Assembly (NCBI RefSeq): GCF_009914755.1
Contig: NC_060939.1
DNA from: the human T2T-CHM13v2.0 reference genome, Homo sapiens
Direction: 5' to 3' (one strand)
Length of the DNA: 64,000 bases
Part shown: piece by piece, positions 36,158-49,174 of the stretch
How the letters are laid out: each line of letters starts with the position of its first letter
Position numbering within the stretch: position 1 is the first letter of the stretch
The notes under the pieces: model-generated
Told to the model about the DNA's origin: nothing
Seen by the model: only the letters and a program-made list of their open reading frames with translations
The model's database searches: none
Translations under genes and position numbers: made by a program

Positions 36158-38301
36158 CGGATGTGGCTTATTTTAAATCTACACAGTACTGTATGCACTT
36201 GGAAATGACTAGAAAAATGTGAAAATCACAGGGCAACAAGCAGAAGCAGACTTTTCCCCCTCGAGTCTTGTGGCCGCTTCTCTGGGGGTGACAGATTTCT
36301 TTGTCTCTGAGGATGGATCTGGTAGAGGGTGTATTTAGCAGTGTACTTCTTTGCACGGGGTCCTGGCAGCTGCAGAAGCTGCGCCCCTTTCTCCAGCATG
36401 TTAAGAAAAAGGTCAGTGCTGGTAACGTTCTGTGTTCAGTTGCCCTCTTATCTGGACCCTCGCTTTTCCCCTAAAGGCATCCAGGAGCAAACATGACATG
36501 CAGAGGTAGACTTTGCCAAGGCACCGCTATTTCCAGAAGTTCTTGTGGGAGAGAGTTGACTTCTTACTGTTAGACGTAACCCAGGAAGAACAGCAAATAC
36601 CGGCCAGGCCAGAAGTGCACACAGTTACTCTGTTCCTGTTACGGCATTAATGCTGCTTTCAGGCGTGGACTACATTGTGAGATATTGAAAATGCCATTTC
36701 CTGGAGACTAGTATTGATGATGAAGGTCTGACAGCAATTTTAATGATGTTTAAAGGGCAGATCATCGCCCTTTGCGTATTTCGAGATGAGGATGCAGTGG
36801 GGCAGATGTCTCAGCATATTGAATGCCCAGAAGGAAGAAGTTAGGCCCAACATTAACCCCAAGCCTCTTCCAAGGGCTGCTGAGACTTAACACCCTTCCC
36901 ACCGCAGAAATGTCACCTGACAGGTATGGCTGCCCAAGGCTTCCTGGGCTTTTTTATGCTTGTCTTTTTTATGTTATTTGTCTGTAGAAGTACTATAGCC
37001 AGGAATGACTAGAGGAAGGAAATAGGTACCATTGTCCCATCACTCGAAGGCAGCCCTTGCTAACGTCTTAATGCATTTCTTCACAGTTGATTCTGTGTTT
37101 ATTTGTTGTGAATAAATCATAACAATACATATTACATGCTAAGCCTTTTGTAAATATTTCAGATGCCACAAAATTGTCTTGTGGAAGTGCTAACACTGAT
37201 TTATCTAGGATCCTGTTATTGAAGGTTTAGTGTGTGCTCAATATTTTTGTCCATTTCACTGCCGTTTTCCAAAGAGAACACATCCCTTTGTGACCCTAAG
37301 CTAGGTTAGAGAGCCTTGCTTGACAGTGTTGGATATCAGTATTGTTTTTGGAAGATTAATTTATTAGTGTCCTTTCAGAGCTTGCGGTTGCCTGTGATCT
37401 TGAAGTGAAATACTTATTCGGTGACTTTTGTCTGGAATGCTTGGGCTGATTATACAAGCATTCTCCAGGACTGTTCAAACCCACATCATGTATAGTGTAT
37501 AGTGAAAGCAACTAAATTATATTTGAAAGGAACAAAATAATATTATCTTTACAACATGTGAGACCAAATGGGGGACAAGATTGGTGTCAGGAACAATTTG
37601 GCTGAGTCTGTTTCTCATTTGTATGATACGTTTTCACCCAGCCTGTATTGTGGTCACTGAATAGCTATTTTTCATCTGGTCTGCTATATTACTAGCTCTT
37701 CTAAGCACCAGCTAATGCTATTTTCCCGTGCAAAAGAAAAACATGGTTTAGAATAAGGACACTGGAGCTCTTTATTGTTGACAATGAGCCTTTATTTCTC
37801 ACATCTAATTAGAATGTTTCAGGAGGCGAGTGGTGAGCACGGTGTCGGGGGCCGCATTAGCTATTGATTTATGTGCTGTTATAGAATTAATTGAGTCTGG
37901 ACATGGAGACTCATTTTCTTGGACATGTAGCAGGTAATCATGCTTCTCCTGTACATTTGAATTGCTTTCCAGATGGTGTGTTGTACAGGATTTATCTTTA
38001 ATATGATTGACTAGAAGCAAAGGACCTGAGTGTGTTTGCATACATGCTCTGCAATGCAAAGCCCCCAGCCCCCACTGTAGAGATGGTTAACTCTCTCCTG
38101 GCCACACCCCCCCTGGGCTCATATGGGGACCTGGGCCTTGGATTGACACTGTATGCAGCAAAGACAGCGTCAAAGGGTCCTGGATAAAGGCTCTGGGAGG
38201 GGAGAAAAGGCCTATAGTATATTCTGAGGGAAACAGAATAAACAGCATTACTTATTATGCAAAACCAGGACATAATGTGGGTTCAGCAGGGGAATAGTTA
38301 G

Positions 38302-38571
38302 TGTCTTAGTCAGCTCAGGCTGCTATATCAAAAAACACCATAGACTTGGTGGCTCCAACAGCAGACATTTATTTCTCACAGCTCTGGAGGCTGGGAAGTC
38401 TGTGATCAAGGTATGGGCAGATTCAGTGTCTGCTGAGGTCTGTCTGCTTTCTGGTTCATAGGTGGCCATCTTCTTTCTGTGTCCACACATGGTGAAAGGG
38501 GCAAGGCAGCTCTCTGGGGTCTTTTTCTTCTTTCTTTTTTCCTTCCTTCCTTCCTCTCTCCCTCCCTCCCT

Positions 38572-38613
<42 letters not shown>

Positions 38614-39048
38614 GCACTGTCACCTGGGCTGGAGTGCAATGGCGTGATCTCGGCTCACTGCAACCTCCGCCTCCCAGGTTCGAGTGATTCTCTTTGCCTC
38701 AGCCTCCCAAGTAGCTGGGATTACAGGTGCACGCCACCATGCCTGGCTAATTTTTTTTTTTTTTTTTTGTATTTTTAGTAGAGATGGGATTTCACAATGT
38801 TGGCCAGGCTGGTCTCAAACTCAAGACCATGTGATCTGCCAGCCTCGGCCTCCCAAAGTGTTGGGATTACAGGCATGAGCCACCACGCCCGGCCTGGGGT
38901 CTCTTTCATAAGGGCACAGTCCCACTCATGAGCTCCACCCTCATGACCTCATCACTCCCCAAAGACCCCACCTCCTAATGCCATCACACTGGGGGTCAGG
39001 ATTTCTACATGTGAATTTTGGGGGCGATGCAAACATTCAGTCTGTAGT
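38302..39048 (-). mobile_element. MLT1A-like MaLR LTR interrupted by an Alu and a pyrimidine microsatellite
   Basis: tgtcttagtc...tttctcacagctctggaggctgggaagtc...aaagaccccacctcctaat...aaacattcagtc. Confidence 0.82.
38522..38894 (-). mobile_element. AluS whose tail has become (CCTT/CCCT/CT)n
   Basis: Pyrimidine repeat 38522-38608, then the Alu body; TSD tggggtct(t/c)ttt. Confidence 0.88.
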
Positions 39049-41099
39049 GGTCAGATGATATCTATTCAGCTGGGAAATAGGATGTAGCCATTAAAATGAT
39101 ACCTATGGAGAGCTTGTGTTGCTTACCGCATGTTAAAAGAGAACAACATGGATTTGTGTTTACAGTAAGGTCTCGGCTATGCAAAAGAGATGCACAGATA
39201 AAAGACTGGAAAGAAAGAAACCACCAAACAAACACTGGCTTTCTATGGGTGGAACAACTGTGAGTGGGCATCCATTCCTCTCTATATTTCCTATTAAGAA
39301 CACAGAGCAAAACAGATTGTAGTCCTTGTTGCTGGGAAGTAATGTGCCCTCAGAAACAGTCACCCTCTGAGTACAGAAGTCTGCCCACATCAGTTTCACA
39401 AATGATGTGCTAGATGATTAGTCATATCTCCGGCTCTCTCCTGCCCTCCTACAGGGCAGCTGTCCCCATATAACAGTTGTATCCCTAGAAGGAGTATGCA
39501 GTTAAAGTAATTGGAGATTCTTTGACCAGACGTTTTGAGAGTCTGGCAGCCCGGAAAGGTGGGATTTGGCAGCTATGTGGGACCTTCCTTCAGGCACTAA
39601 AGGGCTTCCTGAAAAAGTTGCTTACACGTTGAGGTGTGTTAAATGGAATTCTTTATCATAAGGCTGCAAACTGCTTCTGTGCAAAAGGCAATGTGTTAGT
39701 TCCTTGCAGGAATATGCTTTTAGTGAACTCAATGAGATACCAGAAATCCAGTAGGAGAACACTTTCTTTGAAAGAACCACTTGTTTCTACCTACGTTTTT
39801 GCCCACCTTTCCTTCTCACCTCCCCTTGGCCACACCCCACTTTTGTGTCTTGGGAATTATCTGCTGTGCTCTGAATAGCCCCGTCCTGCCAGGCCACCCA
39901 CCTTTGCCCTTGTTTGAAGAAGCTGGGGACAGTTGTCCTTGCTCTCCACCCCCTGGAGTAGGGGAAGAAGGCTTGGAATGTGGTGGGCCTAGGCTTCTTG
40001 GTGAGGGCCTTGTATTTGTTGACAAGGAGGTCAGATCCATTCCCTGGGCCGTCATCAGAGACCTGCAAGCATCTACTTAGGGCAGAGTTTTCAAGTGCAG
40101 TCTTTGGACCTCCAACATGAGAACCACCTGCAGCTCTAGACCTGGCCTTTGGCCCACAACCTTGGAATCTTGGGCCATGAACCTGCACACTCTCCAGGTG
40201 GGCCTTGTGCCCACCAAAGTGAGCGAATCACTGCATTGGAGGAGTGACTCTTGGCTTTTCACAAGGACCTCTCCCTGCTTTCCTCAGTCCCTCCAAGATG
40301 CACCCATATCCCACTGCAGGGATGCAATTTGCATACATAGCCAGGGACAGTGTCATCTGGCCACAGCCACTCCCAGCCACCTGTGTCAGCAGAGTTCCCC
40401 GTTCCCATCTAAGACATTCACCTCATCAGGCATCTCTCCTGGACCATTTCATTGACATTTTCCTTAACTCCCTTTATGTAGTGTTTATGGAGTTCAGGCC
40501 TGCACTGGTTGCTCTCTTCTTTAACTCGCTTCAAGCCCTGCAGGCACATACTGTCATTTTCAGTTTCCTAAGGAGGGGAAGGCCATCTCTCCATTAAATA
40601 TCTTGCCCCAGGCCTCACAGTAAACAGAGGTCTGAATTGAAACAAGGACCTTCAGTCTTCATCTTTAACAGGCGGGCTCTTTGTCTTATACCAAAAGTGC
40701 CCCAGTAGGTTCCGTGTAATTCTGTGGAGTCTTTGAAGACGTGGCTGCCTTCTGGGTAGCTGCTGTGGGTCCCTTACCCTTTGCACTCATGGGAAAGAGA
40801 GCTGGATCAGAATGTCTGTGGTGTCAAACTCAGGAAAAGAGCTGCCATTAGCCAGCGCTAGCATTGTAGTCATGGTGAAAAACGGGATCATTACCAGTCC
40901 ACAGCCAAGCCATATTGCAGCCTGAGGCAACAGGAAAAATCAGGAATACCAATCCTATCTTCATTTACAATTTTGATATTTTGTTCATCATGGATTTATT
41001 TTGCCTTAGTTTTGATTTCTAAAGCATTGCATTAAAATATTATTTATTTTTGATTGCTTAGGTTTTTGGGGCCTCCCTGATCTCCCCCTGGTTCAGCCA

Positions 41100-42157
41100 T
41101 CGTAAAGTGAAAGCATTTTCATTGCAATGAGGAATAAGTCAAGGGTGCCTGTTAGTGCCATTGTTAACTCCTCAGGGAAGTGCAGGGCAGGGTAGTTAGA
41201 CAAGATGACCACATGCCGGAAAGGGGAAGCAAAATGGTGACTTCTGAAAGTGACATCATTTACCTAGAAAAACATTATCAACTAAAAACTATTAGGATTT
41301 AAAAATAGCTTAGTAAAATCTATTTTTACAAAATCAATATCATTTTTTTTCTGTATGCCAACAATAACCAGGTAAATATATAAGGAAGAGATCTATTCGC
41401 AACAGCCACAGAAATATTATATTTAAGAAAAAACTTAATATGAGATGTCTACAGCTATAAAGAAAATTACAAAGCCGTTGAGAGACATTTAAGACTTCAA
41501 TAAATAGGAAGATTTTTTTGGGTGAAATTGGGTAAAAAGACTCAGTATTGTAAGTATGAATAATTTCTGAGGCCGGGGCACGGTGGCTCACTCTTGTAAT
41601 CCCAGCACTTTGGGAAACCGAGGTGGCTGATCACTTGAGGCAGGAGTTGGACACCAACCCGGCCAACATGGCAAAACTTCATCTCTACAAAAAATACAAA
41701 AATTAGCCGGAGGGTGATGACACATGCCTGTAATCCCAGCCACTCAGGAGGCTGAGGCACAAGAATCACTTTAACCCAGGAGGCAGAGACTGCCGTGAGC
41801 TGGGATCGTGCTACTGCACTTTAGCCTGGGCGACAGAGCGAGACCTTGTCTCAAAAGAAAAAAAAATTCCCTAAAGTAATTTATAACTTAAAGTTACTCC
41901 AGCCAAAATTTCAGTGGAATATTGGGGATACTTGGAACCACTAACTCTTAAGTTCTTTTGGGAGAATAAATGTGAAAATAGCAGGGGAAGATGACAAAAT
42001 GAGAATAATGAGAGAGAACTTGCCTTATGTCGTATTAAAATATGCTCTAAATTCATAATAATGAAAATGGCATGGTACTGTTGCTGGGCAGATAGAAATG
42101 ATGTAGACTAGAAAGTCCAGGGACAGATCTAAGTTTATGTAAGAATTTAGTGTATGA
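41100..42157 (+). mobile_element. Ancient L1M ORF2 remnants
   Basis: Degenerate ORF2-like segments (tttacctagaaaaac, aaaatcaata, gcatggtactg). Confidence 0.55.
41571..41865 (+). mobile_element. AluSx/Sz-like
   Basis: Full-length sense Alu. Confidence 0.9.
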
Positions 42158-42158
42158 T

Positions 42159-42460
42159 GGCTGGGCGGGGTGGCTCACACCTGTAATCCCAGCACTTTGG
42201 GAGGCTGAGGCAGGTGAATCATGAGGTCAAGAGATCGAGACCATCCTGGCCAACATGGTGAAACCACATCTCTACTAAAAAAAAAATACAAAAATTAGCT
42301 GGGCGTGGTGGTGCGCACCTACCTGTAGTCCTAGCTACTCGGGAGGCTGAGGCAGGAGAATCACTTGAACCTGGGAGGTGGAGGTTTCAGTGAGCCGAGA
42401 TCACACCACTGCACTCCGGCCTGGCAACAGAGCAAGACTCAGTCTCAAAAAAAAAAAAAA
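42159..42460 (+). mobile_element. AluSc with a perfect 17-bp TSD
   Basis: ggtcaagagatcgagaccatcc; TSD aagaatttagtgtatga at 42141-42157 and 42460-42476. Confidence 0.94.
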
Positions 42461-42480
42461 AGAATTTAGTGTATGACACG

Positions 42481-42571
42481 CAGGGTGACCAGCCATCCCA
42501 GTTCCTGTGGAACTGAGGGTTTCCTGGGACATGAGACTTTGAGTGTTAAAGTTGAGATGGTTGGTCACTGT
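42481..42571. mobile_element. MER81-like (hAT-Blackjack) miniature element
   Basis: Terminal inverted repeats agggtgacca...tggtcactgt; internal actgagggtttcctgggacatgagacttt. Confidence 0.7.
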
Positions 42572-45500
42572 AAAACATGAGAAACAGAATAGTCTATTTA
42601 GTAAAGGGTATTGGGTTACCTGAGTAAAGCTGTGGTGCCCACACTTTGCTGTATATTGGAATCACCTGGGAAACTTTTATGAATACTGATGCCTAGTTCC
42701 TATCTGAGACATTCTAGGTTCATTGGTATGTGGTGTGACCTGGGCATCAGGGTTTTCAATGGGTAACAAAACTTGAAAATCACTGGGGTAACCATCGTGG
42801 AGAACATGAAGCTGCTCCCTACCTTGTGTGTTTACACTTTCTGATGGGTTAAATATTTCAGTGTCAAAAATAAAGGATTCTAGACAGTGACTGGATTTGC
42901 TTGCTCCAAGGGAAGAGGTTTGACCCCTCCCATGAAAAGTCTGGAACTTCTGGAGCTAGGGACAGGTGCAGCACACAGACTCAGGGAGTTTCAGGGGAGC
43001 ACCTTATTCCTGTGCCTCTAGGAAGGGTGGACATTTTCCCTGGAAGCAAGCAGATCTGGCTGAGGACAGCCTATCTCTGTCATACCTAAAAAATACAGGC
43101 ACCTCTTCACATCTCAACAGTGAAGTCCCAGATGACCACCCTGACTGCCTCCAGCTCACCATAAAATCCTCTCCCACTGTATCTTACACTGCCCAGCCAT
43201 CCACCAGTCGCTGAAAGACATGCACTGGTGTCTCAGGGGCCCTTTGTTGCCAGCAAGAGCAAAGACAGGTCACATGCTATATCTTGCTGAAAAGTGAGTT
43301 AGTGTTTTGGAAGGTCAAATGGAGGAACTAATTTATACCACACAGAAAAAAATGTGAAATGGGTGCTATGAGTGTAAAGTTCAGTGATTTGGAGGGCAAA
43401 TTCCAGAGATATTCCAGAAAGAGAAAAAGGCCATTAGGGAGAGAAATAAAAAAGAAATAGCAAGAATCTTCCTGTAACTAAAGTAAGATGTGGGACTTGA
43501 TTCGGAAAGGGCTCACCAAATGAATCTCACATAAAATTAATGAGACCCTCATAAAATTAAAAAAGACCCTTATCTAGACATAGTTTGCTGGAATTTCTGA
43601 ACTCTAAGAGTGGAGAGGAAATTGTATCAGCTTCCAGACGGAAGGAATAGATTTTTGTACCAAGGTAAAAAGAATCTGAATAGTATTAAAATGCACATCT
43701 GCGAGACTGTAAGCTAGAAGATAGTGGAACAGTGTTAGCAAATTATTGTGAAAAGGATGCAATACAATAATCTTATACCTAGCAAAGGTATCATTCTATG
43801 TGAGATCAGAGCCATTTTATAGATACAAAAGAGTTACCTCCTAAGTAAACAAAATGACTCTAACAATTATTTTTACAAAATAAAAATGAAATCCCACTAA
43901 ATAGTTCAAGAGAAAGAAATGCAAAAAGTATAGGAAGCAGTGGTAAGTTATGAATTGAGTAATTATAGTCCAAATTATATTGTTGTCGTAGTGTTATACA
44001 TCTGGAATAAATTTTTCTGAAATCATCTGAAGGCTTGGAGAGCTAATAGGAAACACCAGTGGAAAATAAACTCCTGGTTCTATTGTAGTTCTCCTACAAT
44101 GTCCTCAGTGTTTTCATTTTTGAAAACTTGAATAACATTTTAATAGGATCTGGACTGTTCCATGTTACTGTAATGTGTATTTTAGTCCTTATGTCCTATA
44201 TTGGCCTAGAGAATATTTTATTTAGTGTTGGTATACATATTTATATGTGCATATTACAGATTTTATCCCCCCGAATGACAGAGATTTTGAAGTTAAGATA
44301 GCAAGAGTACTGTGTACTTTAGTTTGTTCTCTTAACAAGGATGTGCATACCTTCAACGTGCACAGCTTGATGTCAGAGCCTGGCGAGAAACAGGGATGCT
44401 GTAGAGATGGCACCGCTATGCAAGGAATGGGAGCTGTGTGCTCATGTGCCAGTGATGTACCATCTGCCCTTTGCCGTCCTGACGTCAAGACATGGACGTC
44501 TGGTTGCATGTTAGCAGCTGCATTCAGCACATGCTTCTGAGAGACCGTTTTGAGGAATGTAGTTACTGGAGATTGTGTCTGAGAGTTGTGGTTGCTAAGT
44601 CCCTGACATCACTCCTGCAGCCTCTCTCTTGTGGCTGGCTGTCCTCTGTGAAGATAAGAAATCTGGTGACAAGTTATATGTGGTCTTTGAGGCAGCTCAG
44701 TGTTCTTGATGTGTCCTCTGACACATCTGGGTTGCAGATGTCTTAGTGAGTGCTGGCCCCTTGTTCTCTTCTAGGGAACAGCTCTTTCGAATTGTCCTGC
44801 CAGTTTCAGGGTTTGCGAATGGGGTGACGGGCCCTGCAGGGTCCATCTCAGTGACAATTTTCCTGGTGTGGGACATCTTTGCTGTCTGTGGGCCACTCTA
44901 GGGGGAGTGCTGTGAATTGCTCCGCATACCAGTGATGCTCCTGAAACACGGCCATGGACAAGCCTGTGCAGGTGGCGGAGTAAACATTGCTTCTTTAGAT
45001 GTCAAGTGTCCTTGGAGTGAATTCACACGTTGGAAGCATGTGGCTCCATCAGTAATTGTGCCCACACTCTGAGTGTCTGGACTGGATGAAATAATTATCT
45101 CCTTCTTCGTTCTTTTGGGAATATTCATACTGCTGTAACCGTGACCATCTGGTACACTCAGTCTCATAACAAGATGTGTTTTGGGCACCACTACAAACAA
45201 GGTGCTGTGTTTGGAGCTCTGGGGGGATACACAATATGGAAGGCCTTGAGTTTGTGGCCTAAACTAAAGAGACAAGAGGGGAAGAGGAGGTACAGGAAGG
45301 CAAGATGAGAGCCCGGGCAGTGACTGCTGAGGGTCACTGATAGCTCCTCTTTCATCTTCACTTCCTGCTCCCATCTGAGCCCAGATCCCTTTGCTTCTGC
45401 CACCTAAGGTCCTCACTGAGCCACTTCTCCACTGTCCTCTCTACTGTTTTAGTTTAAGCTCTCCTTTTTTTTCTTTTTAAAAATTGCAGTAAAATAGACA

Positions 45501-45679
45501 TAAAAAATTTAGCATTTTAAGCATTTTCAAGTGTGCAAGCTCTTAACTGGACTACTGGAATATGTTTTTTTAAATAATTGAACTATCATGCAAGCAAAAA
45601 GGCATGTGTAATGTAAGAGTACAGTTTAAAGAATATGACAAACATTTGGGGAAGCAATTAGCTGAAGAAGTAGAACGTT

Positions 45680-46154
<475 letters not shown>

Positions 46155-46170
46155 TCAGTGACTGTGCACA

Positions 46171-46560
46171 TGTCTTAGTCTGTTTTCTGTTGCTATAACA
46201 GAATACCTAAGACTGGTTGATTATAAAGAATGGAGATTTGTTTCTCACAGTTCTGGAGGCTGGGAAGTCCAAGGTCAAGGTGCCAGCATCTGGTAAGGGC
46301 CTTCTTGCTATGTCATCCCAAGGCAGAGGTGAGAAGGTGAGGGAGAATGAGAAAGAGAGCAAGAGAGAGCCAAACTCACTTTTATAACAAACCCACTCTC
46401 ACAATAAAGAACTTCCTCCCAAGATAAAGACATTAATCCATTCATGAGAGCACAGCCCTCATGACCTAATCACCTTTCAAAGGTCCCACCTCTCAACACT
46501 GTTGCATTAGGGATTAAGTCTCCAACGCATGAACTTTGGGGGACATATTAAGGCCATAGC
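46171..46560 (-). mobile_element. MST-type MaLR solo LTR
   Basis: tgtcttagtctgttttctgttgctataacagaatacc...catgaactttgggggaca...ccatagc. Confidence 0.88.
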
Positions 46561-47313
46561 CGTGTGGTTTGGGGGATAAAGTGCAGAGTCCTGGGCACTG
46601 GGTCCAGGCCCTCTCCCAGTTTGGCCTGCCAGGTCTCTGCAGCTGCCCTGTCACCCCACGATACCTGCAGGCTGCGGCTGCACCCTTTGTCCTCTTCTCC
46701 CCATGGCCGAGCAGTGCTGTCCCCTCTGCTGAGCCCTCCAGCCTGCCACGCTGGGGACTTGTGTAGAGCTTTTCTGCACATTGCTCAGCCTGGATGGTCC
46801 CTGCGCATCCAGTTCCTCGGTGAACATTGTTCAGTTTGAGGGGGAAGAGGAGGGAGAGGATGGGATAAGCCTGAAGGGGAAGGTACCCAAGATAGTCTTT
46901 GAGGGGTCATGGATTTAGATTGGGAAGAGTTATTGTCCCTCCTCATTGGTCCTCATTATGTCTTCTTAATGAAAGCTGCTCATTTTCTTCGTGAGAGCAA
47001 ACAACCTGATCTTCTGACCATTTGTCTTGGTCACCTGGGCTACCCAAACTGAGTGAGAAGTCAGGAATGAGCCGGTAGGTTCCTGGGGAGAGGCGTGTGT
47101 CCTCGTGAGTTGCCGGTGCCTCCCTTGACTGCTTTTCCCGGAGCTCTGTGTGCCCTCGTTCTCCTTGGTGTGGATGCGTGTTGTTCTGATGATGAGTTAG
47201 CGGGGGTGGGGATGGCGCACTGTTTGAACAGATGTGCCCTCACATGGCTGCGGGAGGACGTGGTGGGAGGTGCTGTGGTGAAGTGGCCCCACACATGGCT
47301 GGGCTTTGTGGGG

Positions 47314-47349
47314 TTTTGACTCTGTCCTTCCCAATGTTCCTCCCCACAG
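47314..47349 (+). promoter_or_regulatory. 3' splice site: candidate branch point, polypyrimidine tract and AG
   Basis: ttttgAc (A at 47319, -31), then tctgtccttcccaatgttcctccccacag with no intervening AG. Confidence 0.88.
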
Positions 47350-47389
47350 TGGCTGCCTCCGGGTGATGATGGCTGTGTGAACGACTGCC
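47350..47389 (+). other. APBA2: 5'UTR part of the APBA2 first coding exon
   Basis: Follows the acceptor ...ttcctccccacag| and precedes the ATG at 47390. Confidence 0.88.
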
Positions 47390-48340
47390 ATGGCCCACCG
47401 GAAGCTTGAGAGCGTGGGGAGCGGCATGTTGGACCATAGGGTGAGACCAGGTCCTGTCCCTCACAGCCAGGAGCCCGAGAGCGAGGACATGGAGCTGCCC
47501 TTGGAGGGCTATGTGCCCGAGGGCCTGGAGCTGGCTGCCCTGCGGCCAGAGAGCCCCGCGCCAGAGGAACAGGAGTGCCACAACCACAGCCCCGATGGGG
47601 ACTCCAGCTCTGACTACGTGAACAACACCTCTGAGGAGGAGGACTATGACGAGGGCCTCCCTGAGGAGGAGGAGGGCATCACCTACTACATCCGCTACTG
47701 CCCTGAGGACGACAGCTACCTAGAGGGCATGGACTGCAACGGGGAGGAGTACCTGGCCCACAGTGCACACCCTGTGGACACTGATGAGTGCCAGGAGGCG
47801 GTGGAGGAGTGGACGGACTCGGCGGGCCCGCACCCCCACGGCCACGAGGCTGAAGGCAGCCAGGACTACCCAGACGGCCAACTGCCCATTCCGGAGGATG
47901 AGCCCTCCGTCCTTGAGGCCCATGACCAGGAAGAAGATGGTCACTACTGTGCCAGCAAAGAGGGCTACCAGGACTACTACCCCGAGGAGGCCAACGGGAA
48001 CACCGGCGCCTCCCCCTACCGCCTGAGGCGTGGGGATGGGGACCTGGAGGACCAGGAGGAGGACATTGACCAGATCGTGGCAGAGATCAAGATGAGTCTG
48101 AGCATGACCAGCATCACCAGCGCCAGTGAGGCCAGCCCCGAGCATGGGCCTGAGCCAGGGCCTGAGGACTCTGTAGAGGCCTGCCCACCCATCAAGGCCA
48201 GCTGCAGCCCCAGCAGGCACGAGGCGAGGCCCAAGTCGCTGAACCTCCTTCCCGAGGCCAAGCACCCCGGAGACCCCCAGAGAGGCTTCAAGCCCAAGAC
48301 CAGGACCCCAGAAGAGAGGCTGAAGTGGCCCCACGAGCAG
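47390..48340 (+). CDS. APBA2: APBA2 (Mint2/X11-beta) first coding exon, codons 1-317: acidic N-terminal region including the Munc18-interacting segment; CDS continues beyond the window
   Basis: Translation [21 protein letters not shown]...[16 protein letters not shown]...ERLKWPHEQ recognised as human APBA2. Kozak context gccATGg. Exactly 951 nt (317 codons) to a phase-0 donor CAG|gtagga at 48340/48341. The ORF track's extension to 48472 is intron read-through. Confidence 0.97.
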
Positions 48341-48346
48341 GTAGGA
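48338..48346 (+). promoter_or_regulatory. 5' splice donor CAG|GTAGGA
   Basis: Consensus-like donor where the recognisable APBA2 peptide ends (...WPHEQ). Confidence 0.92.
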
Positions 48347-49171
48347 CCCTGGCTGTCCTGGGGAAGGGAGCAGAGGGGCCCGAGAGCAAGGGACCTCAGG
48401 GTACAGGCCTTGCAGATGCTGAAGCGAGGCGGTGGGGGGTGCTGGGTGCCTCACAGTTCTAATGGTGGCTGAGCTCTTCATTGGTCCAGTTGGGAGACAT
48501 GTTGCGTGGATGCTCCGGCCACTCTTAAGCTCACCGCTCAGACTCAGGACTAAAGCCGGTTGAGGGCTGAGTGGCAACTCGTGTCTCGCAGAAGACACCC
48601 CTCCTCCCACCCTAGAAGAGAGGTTCGATTTCTTGCCCACTGCCCTGGTCTGCTCATGGTGGGGCAGTATGTGTGGGAGAGCCCCTCAATCCTCAGGGGT
48701 GTACTCAGACCAGCAGGGCAGTGGCAAAGACGTGGGGGTGCTGGTGCTCACCCACTGCTGCGGCCAGTGTTGGGTGGCCTGGTGGCTGGGGTCGGGGCCA
48801 GAGTGCATTTCACAATGGACGGGTCTCTGAAAGCCCGGGGGCCTTGGCCTGATGGGCAATCAGCTGTGAATACCTATTTGGAAAAGGATTTTTTGAAGGT
48901 TTGACAAAACCTCGGGGAAGAAACGCATGCTAATGAGGGCAGTGGATGTCAGCATAACTGTATTTTAATTATAGCAAAGTCAGCGTGCATTCTAATAAAC
49001 ACATTTGAAAAGCCACCTTCCAAAAAAAGCCTCACTGTGAGTATATAAAGAAGATGTGATTATTGGACTTGTGTGAAGGAACTTCTATTTGGCCAATTAT
49101 GTGGACTTCTGTCATATTTTTTTACAGCCTTAACTGTTAAATATTTTTTTCCGAGAAGAGTTCATGAATTT

Positions 49172-49174
<3 letters not shown>

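Noticed and set aside
47763-48026. 87-aa Arg/Thr-rich alternative-frame ORF
   Set aside because: Expected frameshifted read of an acidic, GC-rich exon; starts at GTG rather than ATG and has no independent support.
47720-48640. 306-aa antisense ORF
   Set aside because: Shadow of the GC3-rich APBA2 exon; L/V/G-rich composition with no recognisable domain.
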